Assembly: GCF_963921235.1 (NCBI RefSeq) | Contig: NC_086097.1 | Coordinates: 252,094,001-252,158,000, forward strand | Direction of reading: 5' to 3' | DNA length: 64,000 nucleotides | DNA from: Mobula hypostoma | Taxonomy: Eukaryota | Shown here: positions 35,930 to 49,273 of the stretch, in pieces | Layout of the letters: each line of letters begins with the position of its first letter | Position numbering within the stretch: position 1 is the first letter of the stretch | Program-made: the position numbers and the translations under genes | Notes under the pieces: model-generated | Database searches by the model: none | Told to the model about the DNA's origin: nothing | The model's input: only the letters and a program-made list of their open reading frames with translations

Positions 35930-38900
35930 CGATAAGACCAAAAGACACAGGAGCAGAATTAGGCCATTCAGCCCATCGAGTCTGCTCTGCCATTCATCAT
36001 GGCTGATCTCAACCCCATACACCTGTCTACTCACCATATCCTTTGATGCCCTCACTGATCAGGAAACAGTAACTTCTGCCTTAAATATAATCACAGACTT
36101 GGCCTCCACCAGTCTGTGGCAGAGCATTCCACAGATTCACCACTCTCTGGCTAAAAAAAATCCCTCCTTGCCTCAGTTCTAAAATGTCACCCCTCAATTT
36201 TGAGGCTCTGCCGTCTAGTTCTGGACACCCCCCACCATAGGAAACATCCTCTCCACACCCATCCTATCTAGTCCTTTCAATATTCAGTAGGTTTCAATGA
36301 GATTCCCCCACATTCTTCTAACTTCCAGTGAGTACAGGCCCAAAGTTGTAAAATGCACCTCATATGTTAACCTTTATTTCCAGAATCATCCTCATGAACC
36401 TCCTCTGGGCTCTCTCCAATTACAACATATCCTTTCTGAGATATGGGACCCAAAACTATTGAAAATACCCCAAGTGCAGCCTGACCAGTGTCTTATAAAG
36501 ACTCAGCATTATCTCCTTGAATTCTTCTGCTAGAATTCTATTCCCCTTGAAGTAAATGCCAATATGGTAAAATAAACTCAACCTGTGAATAAACCTCCTG
36601 GGAGACCTGCACGAGGACTCCTAAGTCCCTCTGCACCTCTGATGTTTGAACTTTCTCCCCATTTAGATAATATTCCGCACTATTGTTCCTTTTACCAAAA
36701 TGCATTAACATACATTTCCCAACACTGTATACCATCAGCCACTTTTTTGCCTATTCTTCCAATTTGTCCAAGTCCTGCTGCAATCGCATTGCTTCCTCAG
36801 CACTACCCACCCCTCCAGCTACCTTTGTATCATCCACACAAACTTTGCCACAAAGCCATCAATTCCATTATCTAAATCACTGACAAACTATGTGAAAAGC
36901 AGTGGTTCTAACACAGACCCCTGAGGAACACCACTAGTCACTGGCAGCCAACCAGAAAAGGCCCCTTTTATTCCCACTCGCTACCTCCTGCCTGTCAGCC
37001 ATTCCTCTATCCATGCCAGTATCTTTCCTCTAATGCCTTAGGATCTTATCTTGTTAAGCAGCCTCGTGTGTGACACCATATCAAATGCTTTCTGAAAATT
37101 TAAGTAAATGACATCCACTACCTTTCCTTTGTCCACCCGGTGTCTCAGAAAGGCAGCGTCTGTCTGTTATTGAGGACCTCCAGCACCCAGGGCATGCCCT
37201 TTTCTCACTGTTACCATCAGGTAGGAGGTACAGAAGCCTGAAGGCACACACTCAGTGATTCAGAAACAGCTTCTTTCCCTCTGCCATATGATTCCTAAAT
37301 GGACTTTGAACCCTTGAATACTGCCTCACTTTTTAAAAAATACACAGTATTTCTGTTTTTCAACGTTTAAAAAATCTATTCAATATATGTAATTGATTTA
37401 CTTGTTTATTTACTATTATTATGTTTTATTTTATTTATTATTCTTATTGTTCTCTCTCTGCTAGATTATGTATTACATTGAACTGCTGCTGCTAAGTTAA
37501 CAAATTTCACGTCACATGCCGGTGATAATAAACCTGATTCTGATTCTTGTTACTTCCTCAAAGAATTCTAACAGACTTGTCAGGCAAGATTTCCCTTTAC
37601 AGAAACCATAGAAACATAGAAAATAGGTGCAAGAGTAGGCCATTCGGCCCTTCGAGCCTGCGCCGCTATTCAGTATGATCATGGCTGATCATCCAACTCA
37701 GAACCCCACCCCAGCCTTCCCTCCATACCCCCTGATCCCTTTAGCCACAAGAGCCATATCTAACTCCCTCTTAAATATAGCCAATGAACCAGCCTCAACT
37801 GTTTCCTGTGGCAGAGAATTCCACAGATTCACCACTCTCTGTGTGAAGAAGTTTTTCCTAATCTCAGTCCTAAAAGGCTTCCCCTCTATCCTCAAACTGT
37901 GGCCCCTCGTTCTGGACTTCCCCAACATCGGGAACAATCTTCCTGCATCTAGCCTGTCCAATCCCTTTAGGATCTTATACGTTTCAATCAGATCCCCCCT
38001 CAATCTTCTAAATTCCAACGAGTACAAGCCCAGTTCATCCAGTCTTTCTTCATATGAAAGTCCTGCCATCCCAGGAATCAATCTGGTGAACCTTCTTTGT
38101 ACTCCCTCATGATGACTTTGGCTTATTTTATCATTAGTCTCCAAGTACATCGAAACCTCATCCTTAATAGTAGACTCTAACACTTTCCCAACCACTGAGG
38201 TTAGGCTAACTGATCTATAATTTCCTTCTTTCCCGCCCCCCCCCACCTTCTTCAGAGAGTGACAATTGCAATCGCAAACAAGAGAAAATTTGCAGTTGTT
38301 GGAAATCCAGGCAACACACACAAAATGCTGGAGGAACTCAGCAGGCCAGGCAGCATCTATGGGAAAGAGTACAGTCGACATTTCGGGCTGAAACACTTCG
38401 GCAATACTGGAGAAAAAAGCCGAAGATTAGACTTAAAAGGTGGAAGGGGAGAGAGGAACACAGGGTGATAGGGGAAACCTGGAGGGGGAAGGGTGAGGTA
38501 AAGAGCAGGGAAGTTGTTTGCTGAACGAGGCAGAAGGCCATGGAAGAAAGAAAAGGGGGGTGGAACACCAGGGGGTGGTGATGGGTGGGCAAGCAGATAA
38601 GGTGAGAGAGGGAAAAGGGGTTGGGAAATGTTGAGGGGGCGGTGGTTGGGGGCATTTACTGGAAGTTTGACTAATCAATGTTCATGCCGTCAGGTTGAAG
38701 CCTACCCAAACAGAAACTTCCAGTCCTCCTGGACCTCGCCCAGAATCAAGTGATTCATGAAAGATCATTACAAGTGCATCTGCTATCTCTTTAGCAACCT
38801 CTCTCAGGACTCTGCGATGTAGTCTTTCTGGCTCAGGTGACTTAGCCACCTTAGAACCTTTGAGTTTCCCTCACACTTTTCCCTTTGTAATAGCAATGGC

Positions 38901-41054
38901 ACTCACTCCTGCTCCCTGACACTCACAGACCTCTGGCACACTGCTAGTGTCTTCCACAGTGGAGACAGATGCAAAGTACACATTACATTTATCTGCCATT
39001 TCTCTTAACCCCATTGTTACTTCACCAGTATCATTTTCCAATGGTCCAACATCAACTCTCGCCTCCCTTTTACTCTTTATATTATTTATATTATTAGCTA
39101 GTCTGCCCTTATATTTCATCTTTTCCCTTCATATAGTTTTTTCAGTTGCCTTTTGTTGGATTTTAAAAGCTTCCCAATCATCCAACTTCCCACTGCACCT
39201 TGTGAACTATTCCCAGAAACTTCAGCCACCTCGGCTCTGCCGTCATCCCCACCAGTGTCCCCCTCCAATCCACCTGGGCAAGCTCCTCTCTCATGCCTGT
39301 GTAACTCCCTTTATTCCATTGTGATACTGATATGTGTGAGTTGTGCTTCTCCCTCTCAAATCGCGGTATGAATACTGCCTAAGGGTTCCTTTACATTAAG
39401 CTCCCTAATAAGATCTGGGTTATTTACCAACACCCAATCTAAGATAGCTTTCCCCAAGTAGGCTGGAGCACAAGCTGCTCTAAAAAGCCATCTTGCAGGT
39501 ATTCAACAAATTCCCTCTTTTGCGATCCAGCACCAACTTGATTTTCCCAATCCCCTTGCATATTGAAGTCCCTCATTACAATCGTGATTATTACATACCC
39601 TTATTCCATGCCCTTTCCAGCTTCCTTTACAATCTCAACCCCACATCTCGGCTACTATTTGAAGGCCTATATATGATTCCCATAATTGTTTTTTTTTATC
39701 CTTACAATCTCCTAACTCCACCCACAAAGATTTAACATTTCTGACCCTATGTCACCTCTTTCTAAAGTTCTAATCCCATCTCTTACCAACAGAACCACAC
39801 CATCGCCTATGCCTTCCTGCCTGTCCTTTTGATACAAAGTATATCCTTTGATGTTAAACTCCCAACTATGGCCTTCTTTCAGCCACAGTTCAGTGATGCC
39901 CACAACATCATAGAGACCAATTTCTAATTGCACCACGAGTTTGTTCACCTTATTCCGAATGCAACGCGCATTTAAAAAGAGCACCTTCATTCCTGCATTC
40001 TTCACCCTTTTGAATTTTGCCTCTGTGGTACAATTTGCTTTGTCTGCATTTGTACCCAATCGCTGGTTTGTCCTTCCTTACGTTCAGATTACACCCATCA
40101 TCTACAGTACTTGTAAACCCACTGGCTCATCCTCAGCTCTATCATATTGGTTCCCATCCCCCTGCCATATTATCTTAAACCACTCTCAACAGCTCTAGCA
40201 AGTCTGCATGCAAGAATATTGGTCCCCCTCGGATCAAGTGCAACCCGTCCCTTTTGTACAGGTCACACCAGCCCCAGAAAAGATCCCAATTATCCAGAAA
40301 TCTGAATCCAAGACACCTTTTCCAATTCCTCAGCCGTGCATCTACCTGCCATCTCACTTTATTCGTATCCTCACCGTTGTGTGGCACAGGCAGCAATCCT
40401 GAAATTACTACCTTTGAGGTCCTGCTTCACAGCTTCCTTGTAGTCTTCTTTCAGGACCTCCTCCTCCCTTTTACTTCCTACGTCATTGGTGCCGATATGT
40501 ACCATGACTTTTGGCTGCTCACCCTCCCTTTTCAGGATATGGTGGACGTGTTCAGAAACATCGCAGACCCTGGCACCTGGGAGGCAAACTGTCATCTGTT
40601 TCCTTTTCATGTCCACAGAATCGCCTATCTGTCCCCATGACTATGGAGTCCCCTATTACTGTTGCCATTCTCTTTAGTTCCCTACCCTTCTGAGCTACAG
40701 GGCCAGAGTCAGTGCCGGAGGCACGGTCGCTAATGCTTCCCCCAGGTAGGTCACCCCATCATCCCCCACAACAGCACTCAAAATGGAGTACTTATTGTTG
40801 AGGGGGACGGCCGCACAGGTGCTCTCCACTATCTGACATTCTCCCTTCCCTCTCCTGGCAGTCCCCCATTTATCTGTCTCCATAGATGCTGCCTGACTTC
40901 CCGAGTTCCTCCAACTCCCGTGTGTTGCTCTGGATTTCCAGCATCTGCAGAATCTGTCTTGGTTCTGTGTACAAATCCCCTCCATGCGGAAGAGCTCCCT
41001 TACACACTAGCCTTGGGGTAACGACCTCCCTGTAGCTCCAGTCTATCGCTACTT
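35930..41054 (-). mobile_element. Old, near full-length CR1 (ORF1 esterase + ORF2 relics), multiply interrupted
   Basis: Minus ORFs 40371..40616 (CLPGARV, VHIGTND), 40175..40396 (DGLHL), 39712..40059 (FLNARCIRNK) and 38871..39119. Interrupted by Rex1-like (~37140..37545), CR1-A and Penelope-like (~38272..38715) pieces. Confidence 0.85.
37607..38108 (-). mobile_element. CR1 family A 3' fragment nested in the older CR1
   Basis: [13 protein letters not shown]...GGKAGVGF plus the (TTTCTATG)n tail. Confidence 0.92.
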
Positions 41055-44000
41055 CACAGGTCTAAAGGTCTAACGGAAATACAGCCACACACACAAAAGG
41101 AGCAGAGCACAGGAAACTGGGTCACTGTCAGGCGAGGGTAGAGGAAAGGGCAGGCAGAGCTGGGTTCCCCTGTGGCCATTCCCCTCAACAACAAGTATAC
41201 CGCATTGGATACTGTTGGGGGGGATGACTTACCTGGGACAAGCTGCAGTATCCGGATCTCTGGCACTGAGTCTGGCTCTGCAGTGCAGAAGGGAGGGGGG
41301 AGAAAGAGGAAAGCGGTAATGATAGGGGACTCGATAGTTAGAGGTGCAGATAGGAGGTTCTGTGGTCGTGACAGAGAATCCAGGATGGTTTGTTGCCTCC
41401 CGGGTGCCAGGGTCAAGGATGTCTCTGATCGATTGCATGACATTCTGAAGAGGGAGGGTGATCAGCCAGATGTCGTGGTGCACATCGGTACCAATGACAT
41501 AGCAAGGAAGAGTGAGGAGGTCCTGGAGAGTGAGTATAGAGAGCTGGGTAGGAAGTTGAAAAGCAGGACCTCGAGGGTGGTAATCTCAGAATTGCTACCT
41601 GTGCTAGGTGCCAGTGAGGGTAGGAATAGGATGCTCTGGGGGATGAACAAGTGGCTGAGGAACTGGTGTAGGGGGCAGGGTTTCAGATTTCAGGATCATT
41701 GGGACCTCTTCTGGGGCAGGTGGGACCTGTACAAGAGAGACGGGTTACACTTGAACTACAGGGGGACCAATATCCTTTCAGGGAGGTTTGTTAGTGCTAT
41801 TGGGGAGGCTTTAAACTAGATTTGCAGAGTGCCAGAGCTGACAGTGTGGCTGGGGTGAAAATAAATGATGTTAAAAGTTCAAGCAAATCTGCTAATAGAA
41901 AGGTTGTGAGTGGTGGTAAAAATCTTCTGAGGTGTATATATTTCAATGCTAGGAGTATTGCGGGGAAGGCGGATGAGTTGAGGGCGTGTATTGACACGTG
42001 GAATTATGACCTTATAGCAATTAGTGAAACTTGGCTACAGGAGGGAGGGGCAGGACTGGCAGCTTAATATTCCAGGGTTCTGATGTTTCAGATGTGATCG
42101 AGGCAGAGGATTGAAAGGTGGGGGAGTAGCATTGCTTGTTAGGGAAAATATTACAGCAGTGCTCAGGCAGGACAGATTAGAGGGCTTGTCTACTGAGTCC
42201 TTATGGGTGGAGCTGAGAAACAGGAAAGGTATGGCCACATTAGTGGGATTGTATTACAGACCACCCAATAGTCAACGAGAATTGGAATAGCAAATCTGCA
42301 GAGAGATAGCAGGCAACTGCAGGAAACATAAAGTTGTGGTGGTAGGGGATTTTAATTTTCCATACATTGATTGGGACTCCCATACTGTTAGGGGTCTAGA
42401 TGGTTTAGAGTTTGTAAAATGTGTTCAGGAAAGTTTTCTAAATCAATATATAGAGGGACCAACTAGAAGGGATGCAATATTGGATCTCCTGTTAGGAAAC
42501 GAGTTAGGACAAGTGACGGAAGTCTGTGTAGGGGAGCAGTTTGGTTCCAGTGATCATAACACCATTAGTTTCAACTTGATCATGGACAAGGATAGATCTG
42601 GTCCTAGGGTTGAGGTTCTTAACTGGAAGAAGGCCAAATTTGAAGAAATGAGAAAGGATCTAAAAAGCGTGGATTGGGATAGGTTGTTCTCTGGCAAGGA
42701 TGTGATCGGTAGGTGGGAAGCCTTCAAAGGAGAAATTTTGAGAGTGCAGATTTTGTATGTTCCTGTCAGGATTAAAGGCAAAGTGAATAGGAATAAAGAA
42801 CCTTGGATCTCAAGTAATATTACAACTCTGATAAAGAAGAAGAGGGAGTTGTATGACATATATAGAAAGCAGGGAGTAAATAAGGTGCTTGAGGAGTATA
42901 AGAAGTGCAAGAAAGAAATCAGGAGGGCTAAAAGAAGACATGAGGTTGCCTTGGCAGTCAAAGTGAAGGATAATCCAAAGAGCTTTTACAGGTATATTAA
43001 GAGCAAAAGGATTGTAAGGGATAAAATTGGCCCTCTTGAAGATCAGAGTGGCTGGCTATGTGCGGAACCAAAGGAAATGGGGGAGATCTTAAATAGGTTT
43101 TTTGCGTCTGTATTTACTAAGGAAACTGGTATGAAGTCTATGGAATTGAGGGAATCAAGTGGTGAGATCATGGAAACTGTACAGATTGAAAAGGAGGAGG
43201 TGCTTGCTGTCTTGAGGAAAATTAAAGTGGATAAATCCCCGGGACCTGACAGGGTGTTCCCTCGGACCTTGAAGGAAACTAGTGTTGAAATTGCAGGGGC
43301 CCTGGCAGAAATATTTTAAATGTCGCTGTCTACAGGTGAGGTGCCAGAGGATTGGAGAATGGCTCATGTTGTTCCGTTGTTTAAAAAAGGATCGAAAAGT
43401 AATCCGGGAAATTATAGGCCAGTAAGTTTAACATCGGTAGTAGGTAAGTTATTGGAGGGAGTACTAAGAGACAGAATCTACAAGCATTTGGATAGACTGG
43501 GACTTATTAGGGAGAGTCAACATGGCTTTGTGCATGGTAGGTCATATTTGACCAATCTATTGGAGTTTTTCGCGGAGGTTACCAGGAAAGTGGATGAAGG
43601 GAAGGCAGTGGATATTGTCTACATGGACTTCAGTAAGGCCTTTGACAAGGTCCCGCATGGGAGGTTAGTTAGGAAAATTCAGTCGCTAGGTATACATGGA
43701 GAGGTGGTAAATTGGATTAGACATTGGCTCGATGGAAGAAGCCAAAGAGTGGTAGTAGAGAATTGCTTCTCCAAGTGGAGGCCTGTGACTAGTGGTGTGC
43801 CACAGGGATCAGACCTGGGTCCATTGTTATTTGTCATCTATATCAATGATCTGGATGATAATGTGGTAAATTGGATCAGCAAGTTTGCTGATGATACAAA
43901 GATTGGAGGTGTAGTAGACAGTGAGGAAGGTTTTCAGAGCCTGCAGAGGGATTTGGACCAGCTGGAAAAATGGGCTGAAAAATGGCAGATGGAGTTTAAT

Positions 44001-44790
44001 ACAGACAAGTGTGAGGTATTGCACATTGGAAGGACAAACCAAGGTAGAACATACAGCGTTAATGGTAAGGCACTGAGGAGTGCAGTGGAACAGAGGGATC
44101 TGGGAATACAGATACAAAATTCCCTAAAAGTGGCGTCACAGGTAGATAGGGTCGTAAAGAGAGCTTTTGGTACATTGGCCTTTATTAATCGAAGTATTGA
44201 ATATAAGAGCTGGAATGTTATGATGAGGTTGTATAAGGCATTGGTGAGGCCGAATCTGGAGTATTGTGTTCAGTTTTGGTCACCAAATTACAGGAAGGAT
44301 ATAAATAAGGTTGAAAGAGTGCAGAGAAGGTTTACAAGGATGTTGCCGGGACTTGAGAAACTCAGTTACAGAGAAAGGTTGAATAGGTTAGGACTTTATT
44401 CCCTGGAGCGTAGAAGAATGAGGGGAGATTTGATAGAGGTATATAAAATTATGATGGGTATAGTTAGAGTGAATGCAAGCAGGCTTTTTCCACTGAGGCA
44501 AGGGGAGAAAAAAACCAGAGGACATGGGTTAAGGGTGAGGGGGGAAAAGTTTAACGGGAGGGCTTCTTCACACAGAGAGTGGTGGGAGTATGGAATGAGC
44601 TGCCAGACGAGGTGGTAACTGTGGGTTCTTTTTTAACATTTAAAAATAAATTGGACAGATACATGGATGGGAGGTGTATGGAGGGATATGGTCCGTGTGC
44701 AGGTCAGTGGGACTAGGCAGAAAATGGTTCGGCACAGCCAAGAAGGGCCAAAAGGCCTGTTTCTGTGCTGCAGTTTCTATGGTTCTATGG
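41055..44790 (+). mobile_element. CR1 family B, near full length: ORF1 SGNH esterase domain + disrupted ORF2
   Basis: ORF 41172..41819 has IGDSIVR, VHIGTND and DGLHLN (SGNH blocks). ORF2 starts ~41930 (YFNARSI) and is broken by stops, e.g. TAA at 43317..43319, and a late frameshift. TTCTATGG tail. Confidence 0.93.
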
Positions 44791-45449
44791 AACTCAGTAG
44801 GTCAGGCAACATCTATGGAAATAAATAAAAAGTTGAAGCTTAGGACCGAGACTCTTCATCAGGACATAAACAGCTTCTTCCCTCTTCCTTTCCAGTGGGG
44901 ATGAAGTGTCTCAATCGAAAATATCGACTGTTTATTCCTCTCCAGAGACGTTGCCTGACCTGCTGAGTTCCTCCAGCGTTTTGTGTGTGTTGCTCTAGAT
45001 TTCCAGCATTTGCAAGAATCTCTCAGACACGTTAAACGTCTGTGCTCTTTTCCAGTGCAAATTTAATCTGATCTAATCAATGTAGCATTCAACCAGAACG
45101 ACTCAGTGACTGAAGAATGGCCACACACACACAACATTAAACTAGCAGTCTTGACTCATGGGTCTTGAAATGCTGCAGGAACTCAGCAGGTCAGGCAGCA
45201 TCTACGGAGAGGAATAATGTTTTTGAGCTGAAACCCATCAACACTGGAAAGAACTTCTGGCCACTTCCCTCCAGTCCCGGTGAAGGGATTCAGCTCGAAA
45301 TAGCTGTTTATTCCCCTCCATAGATGCTGCCTAACTTCCCGAGTTCCTCCAATTCCCGTGTGTTGCTCTGGATTTCCAGCATCTGCAGAATCTGTCTTGG
45401 TTCTGTGTACAAGATCCCTCCATTCAGAAGAGCTCCCTTACACTACTAT

Positions 45450-48170
45450 AGATCAGCATGTATGACATCTGGGCATCACTGAATCGTGGCTGAAAGAAGA
45501 TTATAGCTGGGAGCTTAACGCCCAAAGATACACATTGTATCAAAAGGACAGGCAGGTAGGCAGAGGGGATGGTGTGGCTCTGTCGGTAAAAAATTGAAAT
45601 CAAATTAATAGAAAGAGGTGACGTGGGATCAGAAGGATCGTTGTTAGGTAGAGTTAAGAAACTCCAAGGGCAAAAAGACCGTGAAGTGAGTTACATAGAG
45701 GCTTCCGAACAGTGGCAAAGATGTGGGCTACAAATTAAAATAAGAGACAGAAAATGCATGTCAAAAGGCCAATAATTCGACAGTCACGGGGATTTCAATA
45801 TGCAGGTAGGCAGGGAAAATCAGGTTGATGCTGGATCCCAAATTGAAGAATGCCTACGAGATGGCTTTTTAGAGCAGCTCATGATTGAGTCCACTAGGGG
45901 ATCAGCTATTCTGGATTGGATATTGTGAAATGAACCAGTATTGAGCTTAAGGTAAAGGAACTCTTAGGAGAAGAGATCATGATATAATAGAATTCACATT
46001 GCAATTTTAAAAGGAGAAGTTAAAGTCAGATGTATTAGTATTACAATGGAGTAAAAGGAATTACAGAGCCATGAATGAAGAGCTGGCCAAAACTGATTGC
46101 AATGGAACACTAGCAGAGATGACGACAGAGCAGCAATGGCTGGAGTTTCTGAGAGCAATTTGGAAGGCACAGGATAGATACACCCCAAAGAAGTATTCTA
46201 AAGGGAGGGTGTCGCAACCATGGCTAACAAGAGAAGTCAAAACCAACATAAAAGCCAAAGAGAGGGCATATAATAGAGCAAATATTAGTGGGAAGTTAGA
46301 GGATTGAGAAGCTTTTAAAAACCAACAGAAGGCAGCTAAAAAGTCATTAGGAAGGTAAAGGTGGAGCAAGAAAGTAAGCTGTCCAATAATATTAAAGAGG
46401 ATACCAGAAGTTTCTTTAGGTATATAATGTGTAAAAGACAGGCAAGAGTAGATATCAGACTGCTGGAAGACGATGCAGGAGAGGTGGAAATGGAAGACAA
46501 AGAAATGGTGGACAAACTGCCTAAGCAGTTTGCATCAGTCTTCACTGAGGAGACACCAGCAGAATGCCAGGGAGAAGGTGCTTGAGAAATTGAAAGGTCT
46601 GAAGGTAGATAAATAACCTGGACCGGATGGTGTACACCTCAGAGTTCTGAAAGCAGTGGCTGAAGAGATCGTGGAGGCATACTTCAAGAACCCAAGGATT
46701 TTGGCATGGTTCCAGAAGACTGGAATGTTAAGAATGTCACTCTATTCTTCAAAAAGGCAGACGAAAGGAAATTATAGGCCAGTTGTTCTGAAGTCAGTGG
46801 TTGTGAAGATGTTGGAGTTGATTGTTAAGGATGTGGTTTTGGGATACTTGGAAGGACATGGTAAAATAGGCCGTAGTCAGCATAGTTTCCTCAAGGGAAG
46901 ATCTTGCCTGACAAATCTGTTGGAATTCTTTGAAGAAATAGCAAGCAGAATAGACAAAGGAGAATTGGTTGATGTTGTGGACTTGGATTTTCAGAAGGCC
47001 TTTGGCAAGGTGCCACAAGTTAAGAGCCCACGATATTACAGGAAAGATACTAGCATGGATGAAAGATTGGCTGACTAGCAGGAGGCAAAGGGTGTGAAGA
47101 AATGGAGTCTTTTCTGTTTGGCTGCTGGTGCCTAGTGGTGTTCCACAGTGGTCTTTGTTGCGACCGCTGTTTCTTACGTTATATGTCAATGATTTGAATG
47201 ATGGGATTGATGGCTTTGTGGTCAAGTTTACGCACGATACAAATAATCTGGCAAGTGTGGATTGGGACAGGCTGTTTTCTGGCAAAGGTGTACTTGGTAT
47301 TTGGAAGACCTTCAAAAGTGAAATTTTGAGAGTACCAAGCTTGTATGTACCTGTCAGAATAAAAGGCAAAGATAATAAGTGTAGGGAACCTTGGTTTTCA
47401 AGAGACATTAGGACACTGGTTAAGAGAAAGAAAAAAGGTGCATAGCAGGTATAGGCAAGTAGGAACAATGAGGTGCTTATGTAGTACAAGAAATGCAGGA
47501 GAACACTTAAGGAAGAAAGCAGGAAGGCTAAAAGAAGGCATGAAGTTGTTCTAGCAGACAAGGTGAAGGAGAATCCTAAGGGATTCTACAGATATGTTAA
47601 GAGCAAAAGGATCGCAAGGGACAAAATTGGTCCTCTGGATGATCAGAATGGTAATCCATGCGTGGAGCCAAAAGAGATGGAGGAGAGCTTAAATGGGTTT
47701 ATTTTGCATCTGTATTTACTGGGGAGACAGACACAGTGTCTGTGGAAGTGAGGGAAAGCAGCATCAACTTCATGGACCCTGTACAGATTACAGCCTTGAG
47801 AGAGCTGTTTGCTGTCTTGAGGCAGATTAGGGTGGATAAATCAACAGGGACTGACAAAATGTTCCCTCGGACCCTGCGTGAGACAAATGCAGAAATTGCC
47901 AGGGTCCTAAGCACAGATATTTAAATCACCCTTGGCGACAGGTGAGGTACCAGAGGACTGGAGGATAGCCCAAGTTATCCCACAGTTTAAGAATGGCTCT
48001 AAAACTAATTGAGGAAATTATAGGCCAGTGAACCTGACGTCAGCAGTGGGAAAGTTATTGGAAGGTATTCTAAGGGACTCAATATATGAGTATTTGGATG
48101 AACATGGACTGATTAATGATTGTCAGCATGGGTTTGTGCATGATAGGTCACGTCTAACCAGTCTTATAGA
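45450..48170 (+). mobile_element. Two abutting decayed CR1 ORF2 fragments (C-like ~45450..47243, B-like ~47244..48170)
   Basis: Endonuclease to RT motifs run up to KFTHDT, then the sequence switches abruptly to VDWDRLFSGK of a family B-like ORF2. Confidence 0.85.
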
Positions 48171-49273
48171 GTAGGCAGTTTGAGTGGTTGGACATGGACT
48201 AGATATACCAAAGGGCCTGATTCTGTGTTGCACTTCTCTGTGGCTGAGTATGATATGGAGAACAACCCGTCCTCCTGCAGAAGTTGCTGGTCAGCGTTGA
48301 ACTCAAGATAGGACTGCCTCAGGGACTCCACCTCGGGATTTTTCTTGTGAGGGTTACTCCCGAAGCTGACCCTGCGTGGGTACAACCACAAGGCAGTGCA
48401 GCTTTGAGATTGGAGTTTCCTTCTCCTGGGTGAGCTGCCAACCACGGCTGACAAGCCCCATCTGCCTGAAGTGACTGTTTTTATGGCACCAGTAGCCCGT
48501 CTTTCCCCTTCTTCTGTCGGTAGAAATTATTGCACTGGGCTTAGCAGCTAAACCACACGTGAAGGCCAGGAGCAGGACTCAGTGTCAGAGGCTAATTGAG
48601 ATGCATGCCATTGGGAACACTTGCTAGGTTGTAGACAAGCTGCCAACTGTGGCTTTGTGGATACTCCCCTCTCAAAACACTGTACTTAGTCATTTTATCT
48701 TGTTTGCTTAGGGTGTAGAATAGTTATTTTCCCTTCAGTTTAACTCTGCTATGCTTGCTTATAGTCAAAGATTCAAAGTACATTTGTGATCAGAGTATGT
48801 GTGCAGTAGGCAACCCTGAGAGTTGTCTTCTCCACAGACAGCCACGAAACAAAGAAACACCATGGAACCTGTCCATTCAAAGAAAAACATCAAACTTCAA
48901 TCACCTTCTATAATCGCCTTTATACGTGTAATTCCTCAGGAAAATGTTTAGTAATTTTGTATTTTCAACAAGCTTGTTCTGCAGTAGGTGTCATACCACA
49001 TGAATCTGGCTGTTTCACTGGTTACATCTTTTCAATGGAATGTTTTAGCTCGTCTTCTTTTTCTTTGTCTGTTCTTTCTTCTTGTAACACCCGGTAAAAC
49101 AGGCATAACCACCAAGTTTGTGCCTCATTCTTGACTTCCAAAGAAATTCAACATTGCTGCTTGTTGACAGGGTGGTTTAGAAGGCGTATGGTGTGTTGAC
49201 CTTCTCTAGTCAGGGGACTGAGTTCAAGAGCCATGAGGTAATGTTACAGCTTTATAGAACTCTGGTTCGAGTA

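Noticed and set aside
37698..38396. 232-aa ORF as a novel fusion protein
   Set aside because: Chance in-frame junction of Penelope-like, old CR1 and young CR1 pieces.
41172..41819. Cellular SGNH/GDSL lipase gene
   Set aside because: Lies directly upstream of CR1 ORF2; it is the known esterase domain of CR1 ORF1.
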